Shown piece by piece: positions 39,405-52,056 of a stretch of DNA of 64,000 bases. The stretch is from Octopus sinensis. Taxonomy: Eukaryota. How positions within the stretch are numbered: position 1 is the stretch's first letter; each line of letters begins with the position of its first letter. Both the position numbers and the translations under genes were made by a program. The notes under the pieces were generated by a model. That model was not told the origin of the DNA, did not search any database, and was given only the letters and a program-made list of their open reading frames with translations. The stretch lies in the NCBI RefSeq assembly GCF_006345805.1, contig NC_043016.1, positions 3,286,001 through 3,350,000 of the forward strand. The letters run 5' to 3'.

Positions 39405-39709
39405 ATTTACATTATTTACTATGCCATATGCCCACAGGCATGTGGCATAGTGGTTAAGAGTGAGGGCTACTAACCCTAAGATTCCAAGTTCGATTCCAGG
39501 CAGTGACTTGAATAATAATAACAAACATTGAAAAATACCTTAGGAATGAGAACCCAGGTTTGAAATTTCCCCGAGACACCTGATGAAGGCTGGAGGATAT
39601 ATCAGCTGAAATGTTGTGTTAACAAACAAGATGAGGACAAATATCCATCAAATGTAAATAAAGTAAATAATGTATATAATTCCTCATCACTTAAATATAG
39701 AGCTTTTTT
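39405..39709 (+). mobile_element. tRNA-headed SINE with a minimal hammerhead, nested in the TAA-associated repeat
   Basis: A box 39443-39453, B box 39488-39497, HHR-like 39576-39620, flanking duplication ATGTACATT (39396-39404 and 39710-39718) that is single in the empty copy at 37711. Confidence 0.75.
39576..39620 (+). ncRNA. Minimal type I hammerhead ribozyme motif
   Basis: ACAC-CTGATGA-A-GGCTG..CAGCT-GAAA-TG-T-T-GTGT; same layout as the 9588 motif. Confidence 0.6.
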
Positions 39710-40199
39710 ATGTACATTGTTTTGTCTTGGTATAAAAGATGGGCTACACCAAATATTCTGCTCAATACCACAGATTTTCTGGTCAGTTGTTTGACTTTAA
39801 CCAGTTGAGCATGTCCCTTAGTGGCTGATGATATATGCATCTCTGATCGCGAGTAGAAGTAGTGGGGGAGCATCATAGCCATGTGTTGAGAGGGATTCTT
39901 TGGGGTTTGAATAATTCACCTCTGGAAACATGGGTGTTTCATTCAACATCCTTAAACAACCCTTATTCATTGACCTTTTGAGTAGGATGGGCTACTCGAC
40001 CTGAAGGAAATTCTAACTGGGCTCCACCTGCAAGGTCATGAGCTGTTTATCTTGATATGAGATCACCAAGTCATGCACATATGGTTGTGGTATATATGCC
40101 TCATGTACCCTTATCAGATGGGTAGTCATGATGGGTATATTGGGCTTTGTATTTTTGTACCCCAGTGTCACTTTGATGGCATGCACTGCTCTCTCACTC

Positions 40200-40255
<56 letters not shown>

Positions 40256-40552
40256 TGATGATGATGATGATAATAATAATAATAGTAATGAACTTACTGG
40301 GTACAATGCTCAAGTGCACTACAACTCATCAGAAAATGTAGCCAAAAGTGCATGAACTGAACTTAAACTAATGCGCCGGAAGTGAACAGTAATGAGTTAA
40401 ATACCATTTGTAATTAATTATAAAACTTCAGTCATCACCTGTGGATTTTCCATGTCTTCTCTTTTGTAGTGGAGATAGTAGTAGTAGTAGTGGTGGTGGT
40501 GGTGCTGGCGACAGTAGTAGTGGAGGTGGTGGTGCTGGCGACAGTAGTGGTG

Positions 40553-40588
<36 letters not shown>

Positions 40589-40672
40589 ACAACAACAACA
40601 AAAATGAATGGTTGTAGCATTGATGGCTGAAAATTCTTAATGTGTAGTTGTGTTTTTCTCCTGTAAACTTAG

Positions 40673-40930
40673 ACGAAGAGGGTGAAGAGGAAGCTGATGA
40701 CGACCTCCACTACAACAGACAAATTATGCCAGAGTTTATATTCAGTCTGGATGCCGATGACAATTTCCTGTCTAACCGCATCATGCGACTACCAGAGCAT
40801 GTGGTAGCTGGCACACATAACACTGAGGAAGGTTTCCAGAGAAGACTCACAGAGTTCCGTGCAAACAACACCGAAGATAACACCGTCTTGAACTTTTTTG
40901 ATGAACTTGAGTTCCATCCAGAACGAATAG
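40673..40930 (+). CDS. AK7: AK7 exon (DEEGEEEADDDLHYNRQIMPEF...NFFDELEFHPERI)
   Basis: AG/GT, 258 nt, phase 1/1; LPE.VVAGTH and TVLNFFDELE.HP motifs. Confidence 0.92.
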
Positions 40931-41213
40931 GTAAGTAACAGTAATAATTGTTTAGGAGTTTGTTTTTGTTGGATGACTATAGCAACACCAAAGTTGTTGG
41001 TGCTGACAGCACCAATGACAGAGGTGGCGATCAATGGCACTAGTAGTAGCAGTGATGATGGTGATGATGATGATGATTATGATGATGATTGTGACAGTTA
41101 TGGTAATGGTGATGATGATGCTGATGTGATTGAAGTTGTTGTTCAAAGCAAGAAACCAGAGTGTGTTCAGGAGTGTAAAATGAATTAACATCCGTTATTC
41201 TTGTTTCCACCAG

Positions 41214-41294
41214 ATATCACACAGGACAAGTCAACAATGATGAAACAGACAGTTGATAAGATAAAGAAAATAATCAAAGATCCACGGAATTACG
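41214..41294 (+). CDS. AK7: AK7 exon (DITQDKS...KDPRNYG)
   Basis: AG/GT, 81 nt; PRNYG motif. Confidence 0.9.
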
Positions 41295-41966
41295 GTAAGT
41301 TAAGCAAACAGAAGCAGTGTTAAAAGGGTGGTTTGAAAGTGACCATGGGTGAATGGATGGATTGATGGATTGATGGATGTAGTTGTTACAAGTATGATAT
41401 AGATAGGTGAGGCACGCAGCAGAATAATATAAGAGTTTCTATTTCTATTAGACAAGTTATGCCAAGAGTTTATATATAAATATGCATGTATATAGGCATA
41501 TATGTATATATATATATATATATTATATATACACATATTAGATGGAAACCACCAAGTGGACATCCTTATGCTAGAAATAGATCTGCTATGGTCTTACCAC
41601 TAAGAAATGTTCTCAAGAAAAATTTAGCAAAACAACCAAAACATAATCGAGCAAGACAAAAGAAAAAGCAATAAAAATATGGATTATTCGCATACATGTT
41701 TCACTATTAACATATTACGTAATTTTACTTACATAAATGTCTGTAGATCATCGGTGTGACCGTCCAGATGAATATAATTTGCAGGACTGCCTACTAGGAC
41801 GTCCGCACAAAGTCAAACTTGTAAAACAGTCCTACTCATTACACTCATGGTTACTATTTCAAATGTCCTTGTTTTGGCATGCTAAGTTACCAGAAAAACT
41901 GATGCTGCAGATAATACTTACTACAGTGGCCTTTGCCAGTTAGAGAACGTGTTAATTTAATTTTAA

Positions 41967-42006
<40 letters not shown>

Positions 42007-42195
42007 GAGAGAGAGAGAGAGAAAGAGAGAGAGAGGAGTGGTCGTGTGGTAAGTAGCTTGCTTGCTTACCAACCACATAGTTCCAGGTTCAGTCCCACAG
42101 CATAGCACCTTGGGCAAATGTCTTCTGCTATAGTCTCGGGCAGACCAAAATCTTGTGAGTGGATTTGGTAGACGGAAACTGGAAGAAGCCTGTTG

Positions 42196-42228
<33 letters not shown>

Positions 42229-42838
42229 TGGTGTGATGGTGTTTGTCCCCCCACCATCCCTTGACAATTGATGTTGGTGTATTTACATCCCTGTAACTTA
42301 ACCGTTCAGCAAAAGAGACCGATAGAATAAGTACTAGGCTTACAAAGGTCTGGAGTCGATTTGTGTGACTAAAGGCAGTGCTCCAGTATTGCTGCAGTCA
42401 AATGACTGAAATAAATATATATATATTTATTAATCGGTGTGCACCCAAAGCAATGAATAGTTGTATTCAAGGCAGTGGTTAGTAACTTACGAAAACCGGT
42501 ATGCTTTTAAATCTCTTTAACATTTCAAAATAATGACTTTTATTACTTTTATTCCTACCTCAGTTCATCTAATTGTATATATCTTTCGTTACTTTTCATA
42601 AAAAACCTTTACTTTCTTTGATTTACAATGTGCATTTTCGTTGATTTTTCTTACTTTCCCCTTACATCACCACATGCAGTTTCTATTTTCTTTTTGTAAC
42701 ATATTTCTATTATATATATATATATAACAAATTAAAAATAATGGTCGTTACATATTTTACCTTTATTGGAGCAAATTTGGCTTACAGCTGTTTCTATTAG
42801 TCATTATAGGTACATTCCTTTATTGATCATCTGAGGAA

Positions 42839-43167
42839 AATTGCGGCGTGGAAGGTGTTTATAAGCCATCTAAAAACACACAAAAACCATTAGATTCACT
42901 TCAGCATTTAAATTTAATTTGTCAAAATATTTTCGTTGCTTTGAAACTGCAACTCTATGCTGCAGCATGGAATTTTGTCAGTGGACAGGTCATGGTCTCA
43001 AAGAGATGAAAATATTTTCACAAATTAAATTCAAAGGTTGAAGTGAATCTAACGTTTTTTTTTTGTGTTTTTAAATGGCTTATAGACACCTTCCATGCTG
43101 CAATTGTTTTTGTTTCAGCTCATGATCTCAGATCAAGTTACTTGCTATGCAAGTACATCTCTGTAAT
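42839..43167. repeat. Older fold-back insert (arms ~42839-42953 and 42988-43105, plus ~60-nt tail); a single copy of the family is at 57510-57705(-)
   Basis: Imperfect inverted repeat; homologous to the copy containing the HHR-like motif at 57650-57700. Confidence 0.75.
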
Positions 43168-45255
43168 GAAGAAAATTGAATGTCCTAAAAAAGTTAATGC
43201 TATTTTTGTCAGAGCCATTTCTAGTTGTATGTATGTATGTATGTATGTATGTATGTATGTATGTATGTATGTATGTGCATGTATGTATGTATTTTTCTTT
43301 CTTTCTTTCTCTCTTTTTCTTTCTTTCTTTCTCTCCCTTTCTTTCTTTCTCTCTCTCTTCTTTTCTATCTTTCTCTCTATTTCTTCCTTTCTTTTTTCCT
43401 TCTTTCCTTCCTTCCTTCCTTTCCTTCTTTCTTTCCTTTCTTTCTTTCTTTCTTTCTTTCTTTCTCAGAAGCAACTAAGTGATTCAAGGGCTGAGAGTTT
43501 TATGCTTTGGTACTTACCAATGCACCAAACTCTTAGTCCTTGAGTCACTCTGTTGTTTTTGCTGAAGATCGATAAAAATATACTCATATTTTAATATGTT
43601 TATTTTCCCTGTTTGCATCACTATACCTACACACACACACACACACACACACACATGCACACACACACATGCACACACACATTCACATTCACAGTTATAT
43701 ACTTATACGTATGGTTAACAGCTTTTCTTTTAAACATGCTACATTGAAAATATGCCGATGTTCCAATTTGATATTTTTTTAATTATAGCTCTGTTTTGTC
43801 TTTTGTATCTGCATATCAGATCATTATCACCTGGAACAGTAAAAGATCCCAAATTCATCTTTATAAGCATTTTGGATCTATCTTAGCCTCATCTTTAGGA
43901 TGTAGAATTTGCTGCACTTTTTATCATATACATGACTTGTGTTTATACAAACTTAGCCCCAAAAATGCATCATACAAAAGCACAAGCTGAAACAAGTAAT
44001 ATATTTAAAATATTCTTTTCTACTCTAGGCACAAGGGCCAAAATTTTTTTTAGGTAGTGGGCCAGTCGATTAGATCAATCCCATCAGGCAACTGGTACTT
44101 AATTTATCAACCCTGAAAGGATGAAAAGCAGAGTTGACCTCGGCAGAATTTGAACTCAGATTGTAAAGACAGATGAAATACAGCTAAGCGTTTTGTCCGG
44201 TGTGCTAACGTTGTTGCCAGCTCGCCGCTGCCTTTAATATATTTAGAATATTGTGAGCTCCAAAACCATATTGTTAATAACACACCTCAAGCATGTAAAT
44301 TTGAGAACAAACTAAGAATGACCAATATATATTAAAAAATTGTGTGTAAAAGAGCAAACTGAAAGTATTGTGATCCCTACTACTATGTTGGCCAGACAAG
44401 TACAGTAATGTCTCCATATATGAGTTAATTTGTTCTTGGAAACCACTTGTAAAGGAAAAACTCATAAAGCAGAGCAATAATTTCCCATAGTAGCAATGTT
44501 ATAAATTGTAATTCATTCCCAGAAAAATATTTTACCTCTAAAATTTATAATACTCATAAATAAATGGCAATGAAACAACAGTAGAATATAAATAATATTT
44601 TATGTGAAGTAGAAACTATGTCAAGATCATTTTTAATAAAAAATATTATTATTAAAATCATTTTCTGAATCAATTTCATTTACATTAAACTTGCACACAC
44701 CATCACTTGTAAATGCGATCACCGATTCACAAGCACTCATAGACGGACTTGCAGATTTCTTTTTAAAAATCAAGTCTAGAGTCGTTTGCTTAGAAGAAGC
44801 TTTTTTTTGCTCTCCAAAAATTTCTCGGTAACACAGAGAAGCATTTGTTATGGCAGTAGAAACTTTTGCACTTCGTTCAAATTTTGGATCATGTGCTTGA
44901 AAATAAATCTTGTAAACCTGAGGACCTTGTAAAATGGATCCTTGTAAAGTGAGGTATTATTGTATATTGGTCTCTCATTGGCTCACAAAGAACATTTGCC
45001 AAACACTACATTGCATTCCTTAGAACAATGTTAGATCAGAGAAATACTTTCATACTTTATAGAATTCCAGCACAGAAATGGATGCTTGCTTTTTGAAGCT
45101 ATATTAATAGTATAACATATAGTTACGATTAACATACAATATATATTGTAAGATGTAGAGTCCTAATGCTCTTATGGTCAAATTCTTGTTGGAAAATCTG
45201 TACAATCATAAACTATCCACTACAAAAAGAGTAGAATATAAGCCAAAACCACTCC

Positions 45256-45304
45256 ACATCCTGAAGATGTGGTTGTCTTAGCAACATCTTAGAAACATTG
45301 ATGT
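45256..45304 (+). ncRNA. Minimal type I hammerhead motif with eroded stem II
   Basis: ACATC-CTGAAGA-...-GAAA-CA-T-T-GATGT; perfect 5-bp stem I. Confidence 0.55.
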
Positions 45305-45495
45305 AAAGATGAATTTATTGTTCAAAATGAATTTTAAGGATATCATATGCAAATGACAAAAAAATGGTCTTATATAATGGTCTTTAAATACAACATATAT
45401 ATATATGTATGTATGTATGTAGGTAGGTAGGTAGGTAGGTAGGTACATAGGTAGGTATGTACGTATGTACACATGCCTACATGTATATATATATA

Positions 45496-45629
<134 letters not shown>

Positions 45630-45751
45630 TAAATTAGAAACAAAACCACTATTAGGCAAATCAAACAATGAAAAACTTAAGCCAATACATATGATTAATT
45701 TATATTATTTAAATATATAACAAAATTATTAAAAAAATATAATAAATATCA

Positions 45752-45815
45752 CACTACGATCGTTTCATACCTGCTAACATCTTCAAATTTTTGAGTCACA
45801 GTCATTCATCAGGTG
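45752..45815 (-). ncRNA. Type I hammerhead motif ~130 nt from (TA)n
   Basis: Minus strand CAC-CTGATGA-ATGACTG..CAGGTAT-GAAA-CGATCG-TA-GTG; palindromic stem III; short stem I. Confidence 0.65.
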
Positions 45816-46145
45816 GTTTAAATATTTTTCTTGGCGAGGTTTAATATAATATAATATTTTACTATAAAATTGGATTCAATCCTAAATCGTAGGATCGCAG
45901 TTTCGATTCCCAGACTGGGCGTTGTGTGTGTTTATTGAGCGAAAACACCTTAAAGCTCCACGAGGCTCCGGCAAGGGGTGGTGATCCCTGCTGTACTCTT
46001 TCACCACTCTTTCTCTCACTCTTTCTTCTGTTGGCCTGCTCGCTTAGCCAGTGGGGTGGCGTCATTCAAAGGCTAAAACAATGCGAATGCATTGTGACCA
46101 GCGATGTGTAGCAACATCTGATGGTCTGGTTGGTCATGTGATCAT

Positions 46146-46180
<35 letters not shown>

Positions 46181-46207
46181 TTATTTATACATATATATTT
46201 GAAATAG

Positions 46208-46347
46208 GTTTAAGTAAAGAAGAGCTTGAGAAGATTAAGAGGGCTGAAGTGGAAGCACGTTTACAAAGAGAGGAGAAAGAACGAATTGAAAAGGAGGAAC
46301 GAGAAACTGCAGAAGAAACTGAGAGGAAAAGGAATGAAGAAGAATGG
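46208..46347 (+). CDS. AK7: AK7 coiled-coil exon (GLSKEELEKIKR...EEEW)
   Basis: AG/GT, 140 nt; E/R/K-rich; completes PRNYGL. Confidence 0.9.
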
Positions 46348-49300
46348 GTAAGTGACAATTTTCTGACCATCCCCTCTCAATCTCTTTTTTCCGTATTGTT
46401 GTATAATCATATCGTATAGGGAACAACAGTATATCATATACAGTTTTCAAACTAACAAATATGAGGCCATGATGAAACATTAGATCTTGTATCCAGTAAT
46501 CCGTCTGTTTTAACTTTAGTGTGCGACAAGTTTAAAAGTTTGGAAACCTTTCTAATAATTTTCCTGTCTGAAGCTGGTACACTAACCTGGGTGATTAACC
46601 TGTCATCTGTGTAACAAGTTGGGGAACTAACCAAAAATTCCAACATAAACTACAACACTGCAACTAATACCATAAAACTGTGTGTTTTCTTTTAGACATG
46701 ACTGGGCCTGATGAAGCCTTCCAGCTTCACAGACCCCAGTTGAACCGTCTAACCCATGCTAGCATGGAGAACGGACGCTAAATGATGATGATGATGATGA
46801 TGATATTGTGCCTTGCTTCCAGTTTAATGGAAATAAGCTAAACATAATCCCTACTGGGTTCTTATCTAAGTGGTAATGAACCAGAGACACAGAGAAAGAA
46901 GATAAAATATGAAGAACAGCCGACTGATAACATTGCAGCTTTGTAGCCAAGTGTGTTTATGGCTCATTGTTAATGGTGTCCCTCATAGCTGCTGTCTACT
47001 TTTGTTTTTAACAAAAAGAAAAAAACAAAAAAAGAAACTAGATTTTCTATCAATGATACATGTGTGCTATGAACCCAGCACTTGATCTGTTAAAAGAGCA
47101 AGGCCTAGACACAATTGAGGAAATCATTGATGATATTTATTCTTCAGATGATGAGTTTAGCTTTACACATACAATGAGAGTGATTGAGACAATTAAAGGG
47201 GTGAAAATGAGGAAGAAAGTAGCGATTGCTGTGAACAACTACAGTAACTGAGATATAGGTCTACGTTTGTGATGGTTAACTGGGTGGTAGTGCTAGGAAT
47301 TCGACCTGGGTGTCAAGGGGGTGGCTACCCATAAAAGTTTGGGAACCAGTGTGTTAGATGATTGTTTTATTGTGGTAATGATTGAATGAGGAATTGTGAG
47401 CAGTTCTCAGTTTTACTTTCTGTGATAAACACCAGTTTTAAAATTTTATAAGAAATCTCTTAATTTACAGTTTTAAAAACATATGAGATTGATGAGGAAG
47501 AGTTCGGAGAAGAAATCTTTGGTGTAAGATTAGTTTAAGAAAAAAAAAAGAACCCAGCATAAAGGACCAGACCACACTCTTAGTGATAGAAGATAATGGT
47601 AGGGAGTGATATGGTCATTATTAACCCAGTCACCACTACAAACACCTGGAGAAGTGCTATTCAGATATCAAACAAAACCATCATCTCAGTATATGTGCAG
47701 TGGCTACAAACACATTGGGGTGATCGGCACCACCCTGAAGGAATATAAAGCTGTGATAAGAACTAAAAGTAACCACATAATGTTAGTGGGCCTGCAACTC
47801 AGCACTTGGAGAGGCAGATTTATGCTACCTAACAACGTCAGGGGCATTGCTAGGATTCTGATCTGGTCCAGACCTCATGTGGAAAAGAATAGCAGTGAGG
47901 TGATGACCATATTTATTTTGGTCCAGTTGTGCTTATAAGGTCTGCTACTGGTTTGGGATAAACCTTGCAGGTTTGGAAGTACCATCAGACGGAGTTGTCT
48001 GAGATGTATGCAGAGCAATGAAACTGTTCTGCATGTACTTGTAAAATGTCCAAGTATTTCTTAGTTGTAGAATTGTGTCAAACATCTGCTATCCATGTAG
48101 CATGGACCCAGCTGTCAGTTGGCTCCATCATCAAGATTGTCGTGCCCCACTTTAGCCATAATGAGCCGACAGTTTTCCTCTGCCTGGTAGCTATAATAAA
48201 AGATGTTATGTGGTAGTCGAGGCTGAATGGGCTGAAGACAAACTCTCTGCTCCTCAGCCAAGACCTCATTCGCTTTTAAGTAGATGAGAGTGGAGAGTGA
48301 GGTACCCTTTGCAAATTTATTGATAGGGGAGTGAATATGGTGAGGGTGGCCTGAGTAAGAGCACCTGTTCTGAGTTTGCATGAGAGAACAGTTAGAAGGG
48401 GATGCCTCCAAGTGTCACCTTGGATGGATAGTGTGAACTAGGATTACTGATGCTGTTTTGTTACTTCTGTCTGCTACTGCCTCCCCTCTATTAGGTTATT
48501 TTGTTGTTTATTGTTATTGTTTCCTTGTTTACACTTGTATATGTAAATCCTCACTGTTTTCTGTCCCTCTGTAACTCTAAGTATATTTTTTACCCATGTG
48601 ACCAATAAAGAGAGAATTTTTATTATTATTATTATTATTATTAATAGCATGCCATGCCAAATACTTAGCAGCATTTCATCTATCTTTACGTTCTGTGTTC
48701 AAATTCTGCCGAGGTTAGCTTTACCTTCCATCCTTTTTAAGTCAGTAAAATAGTACCATTTGCGCATTGGCGTCAATGTAGTCGATTTATTCCACTAGCC
48801 AAAAATAGCATCAGATATTTTGTTTTTTGTGGAAGTGACGTGTTCCACCAAGAAGAACATTATCAGTTGCTGTTATTCAGAATGGTTACCAAAATGGAAA
48901 AGGTGCTTAGTGACGTTTCTTCTGGCTTTTACATTCTGAGTTCAAATGCCACCAAGATAGACTTTGACTTTCATCCTTTCAGGGTCAATAAAATAAGTAC
49001 AGCTGAGCCCTGTGGTTGATGTGATTGACTAGACTCTTGCCTCAAATGGTTATATTAGTAATAAGAATGTTTAGCTCCAGGCAAACATTGATTGAACCAG
49101 CTACATTGGCCATCTTGGTTCAGCGAGTTTATTTTCTGTAATAAATATATAGTTAAAAATCTCATTATCAAATGTTTTCTTTTTATCAGATGCCACAGTT
49201 TGATTTAAGGAATATTTGGCTGTAGTTTTTATAAGGTTGAGAACTCTTATTAAGAATCTCTCAAATCTTTCTATATAACATAAAACAGTGTATTGTAAAA

Positions 49301-50044
49301 CCACTCATCATATTTCTAGTATTCTGTATTAGCTTGCTAAATCATTTAAGGTCTATTTGAGAGTGAAATAACTATAAATTATTCATAACTGACAGTTGTA
49401 ATTCTCTTATAATGATAAGAAAATTTCTGTATCTAGAACAATATTAGCATTCTTAATTTTTTCTCTCTTCATGGTTGCCTTGATACATTCTTATAACCCT
49501 AATCTCAATCCATTTAAAAAAAATTTAATCTGTATACTGTCTGCGGTAGTTTAGTGCAGTTGTTTATCATCTGCAAAATGACATACAAACAGTTGTTTTC
49601 TCATAGCATTTGTATTTCAGCCCATTCTAGTTTAATATGTTGGTTAAAGGTGTTAGTACCAGGCAGAAAATAACTAACCGTTATGGCAGAAACGTTAGCA
49701 CGCCGGGCGAAATGCTTAGCAGTATTTCGTCTGCCATTATATTCTGAGTTCAAATTCTGTCAAGGTGGACTTTGCCGTTCATCCTTTCGGGGTAGATAAA
49801 TTAAGTACCAGTTATGCACTGGGGTTGATGTAATCGACTTAATCCCTTTGTCTGTCTTTATTTGTCCCCTTTATGTTTAGCCCCTTGTGGGCAATAAAGA
49901 AATAAGAAAATAACTAACCGTATCTCTGTTGGAAGGAGGACACTGAAGGAGTCCCTCTTCTAATGGAGATATAGATAGTTCCCTTTAATCTAGTATCATT
50001 AATCATATCATGATAAATATATCTACTTATTATTGGTTTCAAAT

Positions 50045-50243
50045 ACACCAGGACTTACAAACACATATAACATACAGAAAATTGCACTACTAGACACTGC
50101 ACTACTAGACACTGCACACATCCTACACAGAACACTTTCCATCCAATAACCATCAGAGCATCACAACAAATCACAGCACATACCCAAGGCACAGAGAGCT
50201 GCGCTCGGAAGTGAAATGAAAGCACGCTATAAAAATAAAACTA

Positions 50244-50247
<4 letters not shown>
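50045..50247 (+). mobile_element. Short 3' end of the Dong-like family at 34587
   Basis: Near-identical to 37420-37607; TAA tail. Confidence 0.85.
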
Positions 50248-50319
<72 letters not shown>

Positions 50320-50373
50320 TTATTATTATTATTATTATTATTGTTGTTATTATTATTAATTATTATCATTATC

Positions 50374-50407
<34 letters not shown>

Positions 50408-50458
50408 TATTATTATTATTATTATTATCATTATTATTGTTATTATTATTATTATTAT

Positions 50459-51325
50459 TCAGTAGTTTTATTTTTATGGCGTGCTTTCACTTCACTACCG
50501 AGCGCAGCTCTGTGTGCCTTTGGTATGTGCTGTGATTTGTTGTGATGCTCTGATGGTTATTGTATGGAAAGTGTTCTGCGTAGGATGTGTGCGGTGCCTA
50601 GTAGTGCAATTTTCTGTATGTTATATGTGTTTGTAAGTCCTGGTGTTTTTGTTATGTATTTGTCTGAATATTTTTTTATCATGCCTAATGCACCTACTAT
50701 AATAGGAAATGTTTCTGTTTTTAGATTCCACATTCTGGTTACCTCTATTTCCAGGTCTTTGTATTTTGAGAGTTTCTCCATTTCTTTTAGAGACACGTTG
50801 TCATCTGCCGGTATTGATACATCAATTAGAAAGCATTTTTTTCTTCATGATCTCTGACAACTATATCTGGTCTGTTGGCCTTAATTTCTCTATTTGTGTG
50901 TATCAGCATATCCCAGAGTATGGTTGCTTTCTCGTTTTCTGTGACCTTTTCTGGTGTGTGCCTATACCATCTTTTTTCTGTTGTTATTCCATAATGTTGG
51001 CATAGCTTCCAATGTATGTAGGTTCCAACTCTGTCATGTCTGTGAATATATTCCTTCTTAGCCAGGACTGGGCAGCTAGAGATAATATGATTTATTGTTT
51101 CTTGTCCATCTCCACATATTCTGCAGTTACTTGTAATATTTCTTTTCATTACATGTTTTTGGTAATTTCTGGTGGGGAGGCTTTGGTCTTGTGCTGCAAT
51201 TAAAAATCCCTCTGTTTCTGCTTTGAGTCCTGAGCTTCTCAACCATTGCTGGGATTTTTCTTTGTCTATTTCTTTTGTGTTTAGTTTAGTCCAGTATTTA
51301 CCATGAAAGGGCTTTTCTTGCCATC

Positions 51326-51328
<3 letters not shown>
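50459..51328 (-). mobile_element. 5'-truncated Dong-like copy (CCHC finger, RLE, 3' UTR) in (TTA)n
   Basis: ETEGFLIAAQDQ, CRICG..ETINHIISSC, RHDRV, RPDIVV; highly similar to 36735-37607. Confidence 0.9.
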
Positions 51329-51364
<36 letters not shown>

Positions 51365-51717
51365 GTCATTTACCTTTAATCTGCATGTTTGATGCAATCA
51401 CTTGCCGGGGCACACCCAGCGCCCTAGGGCAAGTGAAGGTTAAGAGTTGTTGAAATATAGCTGAAAGCTTGGGGAGGGGAAGTAGAGAAATATCTCCATG
51501 TAATACAAACACTAACATTTACATTGATAGGGTTTTTCTAAGGATGTGGGCAGTACTTGTTAGCACAATCTTTTGGATTTCCTTGAGATATGGTTTTCCA
51601 GGGATATTGTCTAGGTGTTTCTGACATCCCTTTTTTATCATACCTAGGGCACTTACAATAACAGGAACAGTTTTTGTTTTAAGATTCCACATCCTCTGTA
51701 TTTCGATTTCCAGGTCC

Positions 51718-51718
<1 letters not shown>
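51365..51718 (-). mobile_element. 3' fragment of a third R4/Dong-like family
   Basis: KDLEIEIQRMW..VPVIVSALG..IQKIVL.STAHILRKTL; TTA flanks. Confidence 0.8.
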
Positions 51719-51778
<60 letters not shown>

Positions 51779-51846
51779 CATCATTATAATTATTATTATC
51801 ATTATCATTAATATTATTATTATTATTATCATCATCATCATCATCA

Positions 51847-51896
<50 letters not shown>

Positions 51897-51897
51897 G

Positions 51898-52056
51898 GCC
51901 AAAAAATTGAGTGAAGTGAAACAACAAGAGTATGAACTGTTGCAAGCCAGATCATTACCTTTGCGGAATTACCTGATGACACATATCATGCCAACCCTGT
52001 CTAATGGGTTAATTGACTGCTGCAAAGTTAGACCTGAGGACCCCGTCGATTATTTG
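51898..52056 (+). CDS. AK7: AK7 exon with Dpy-30-like motif ([27 protein letters not shown])
   Basis: AG/GT, 159 nt; Dpy-30 signature typical of the AK7 C-terminus. Confidence 0.93.

Noticed and set aside
42447-42507. Hammerhead-like motif AAAGCA-ATGAATA..GAAAACCGGTA-TGCTTT
   Set aside because: Stem I is good, but two core changes and a poor stem II make it only a remnant.
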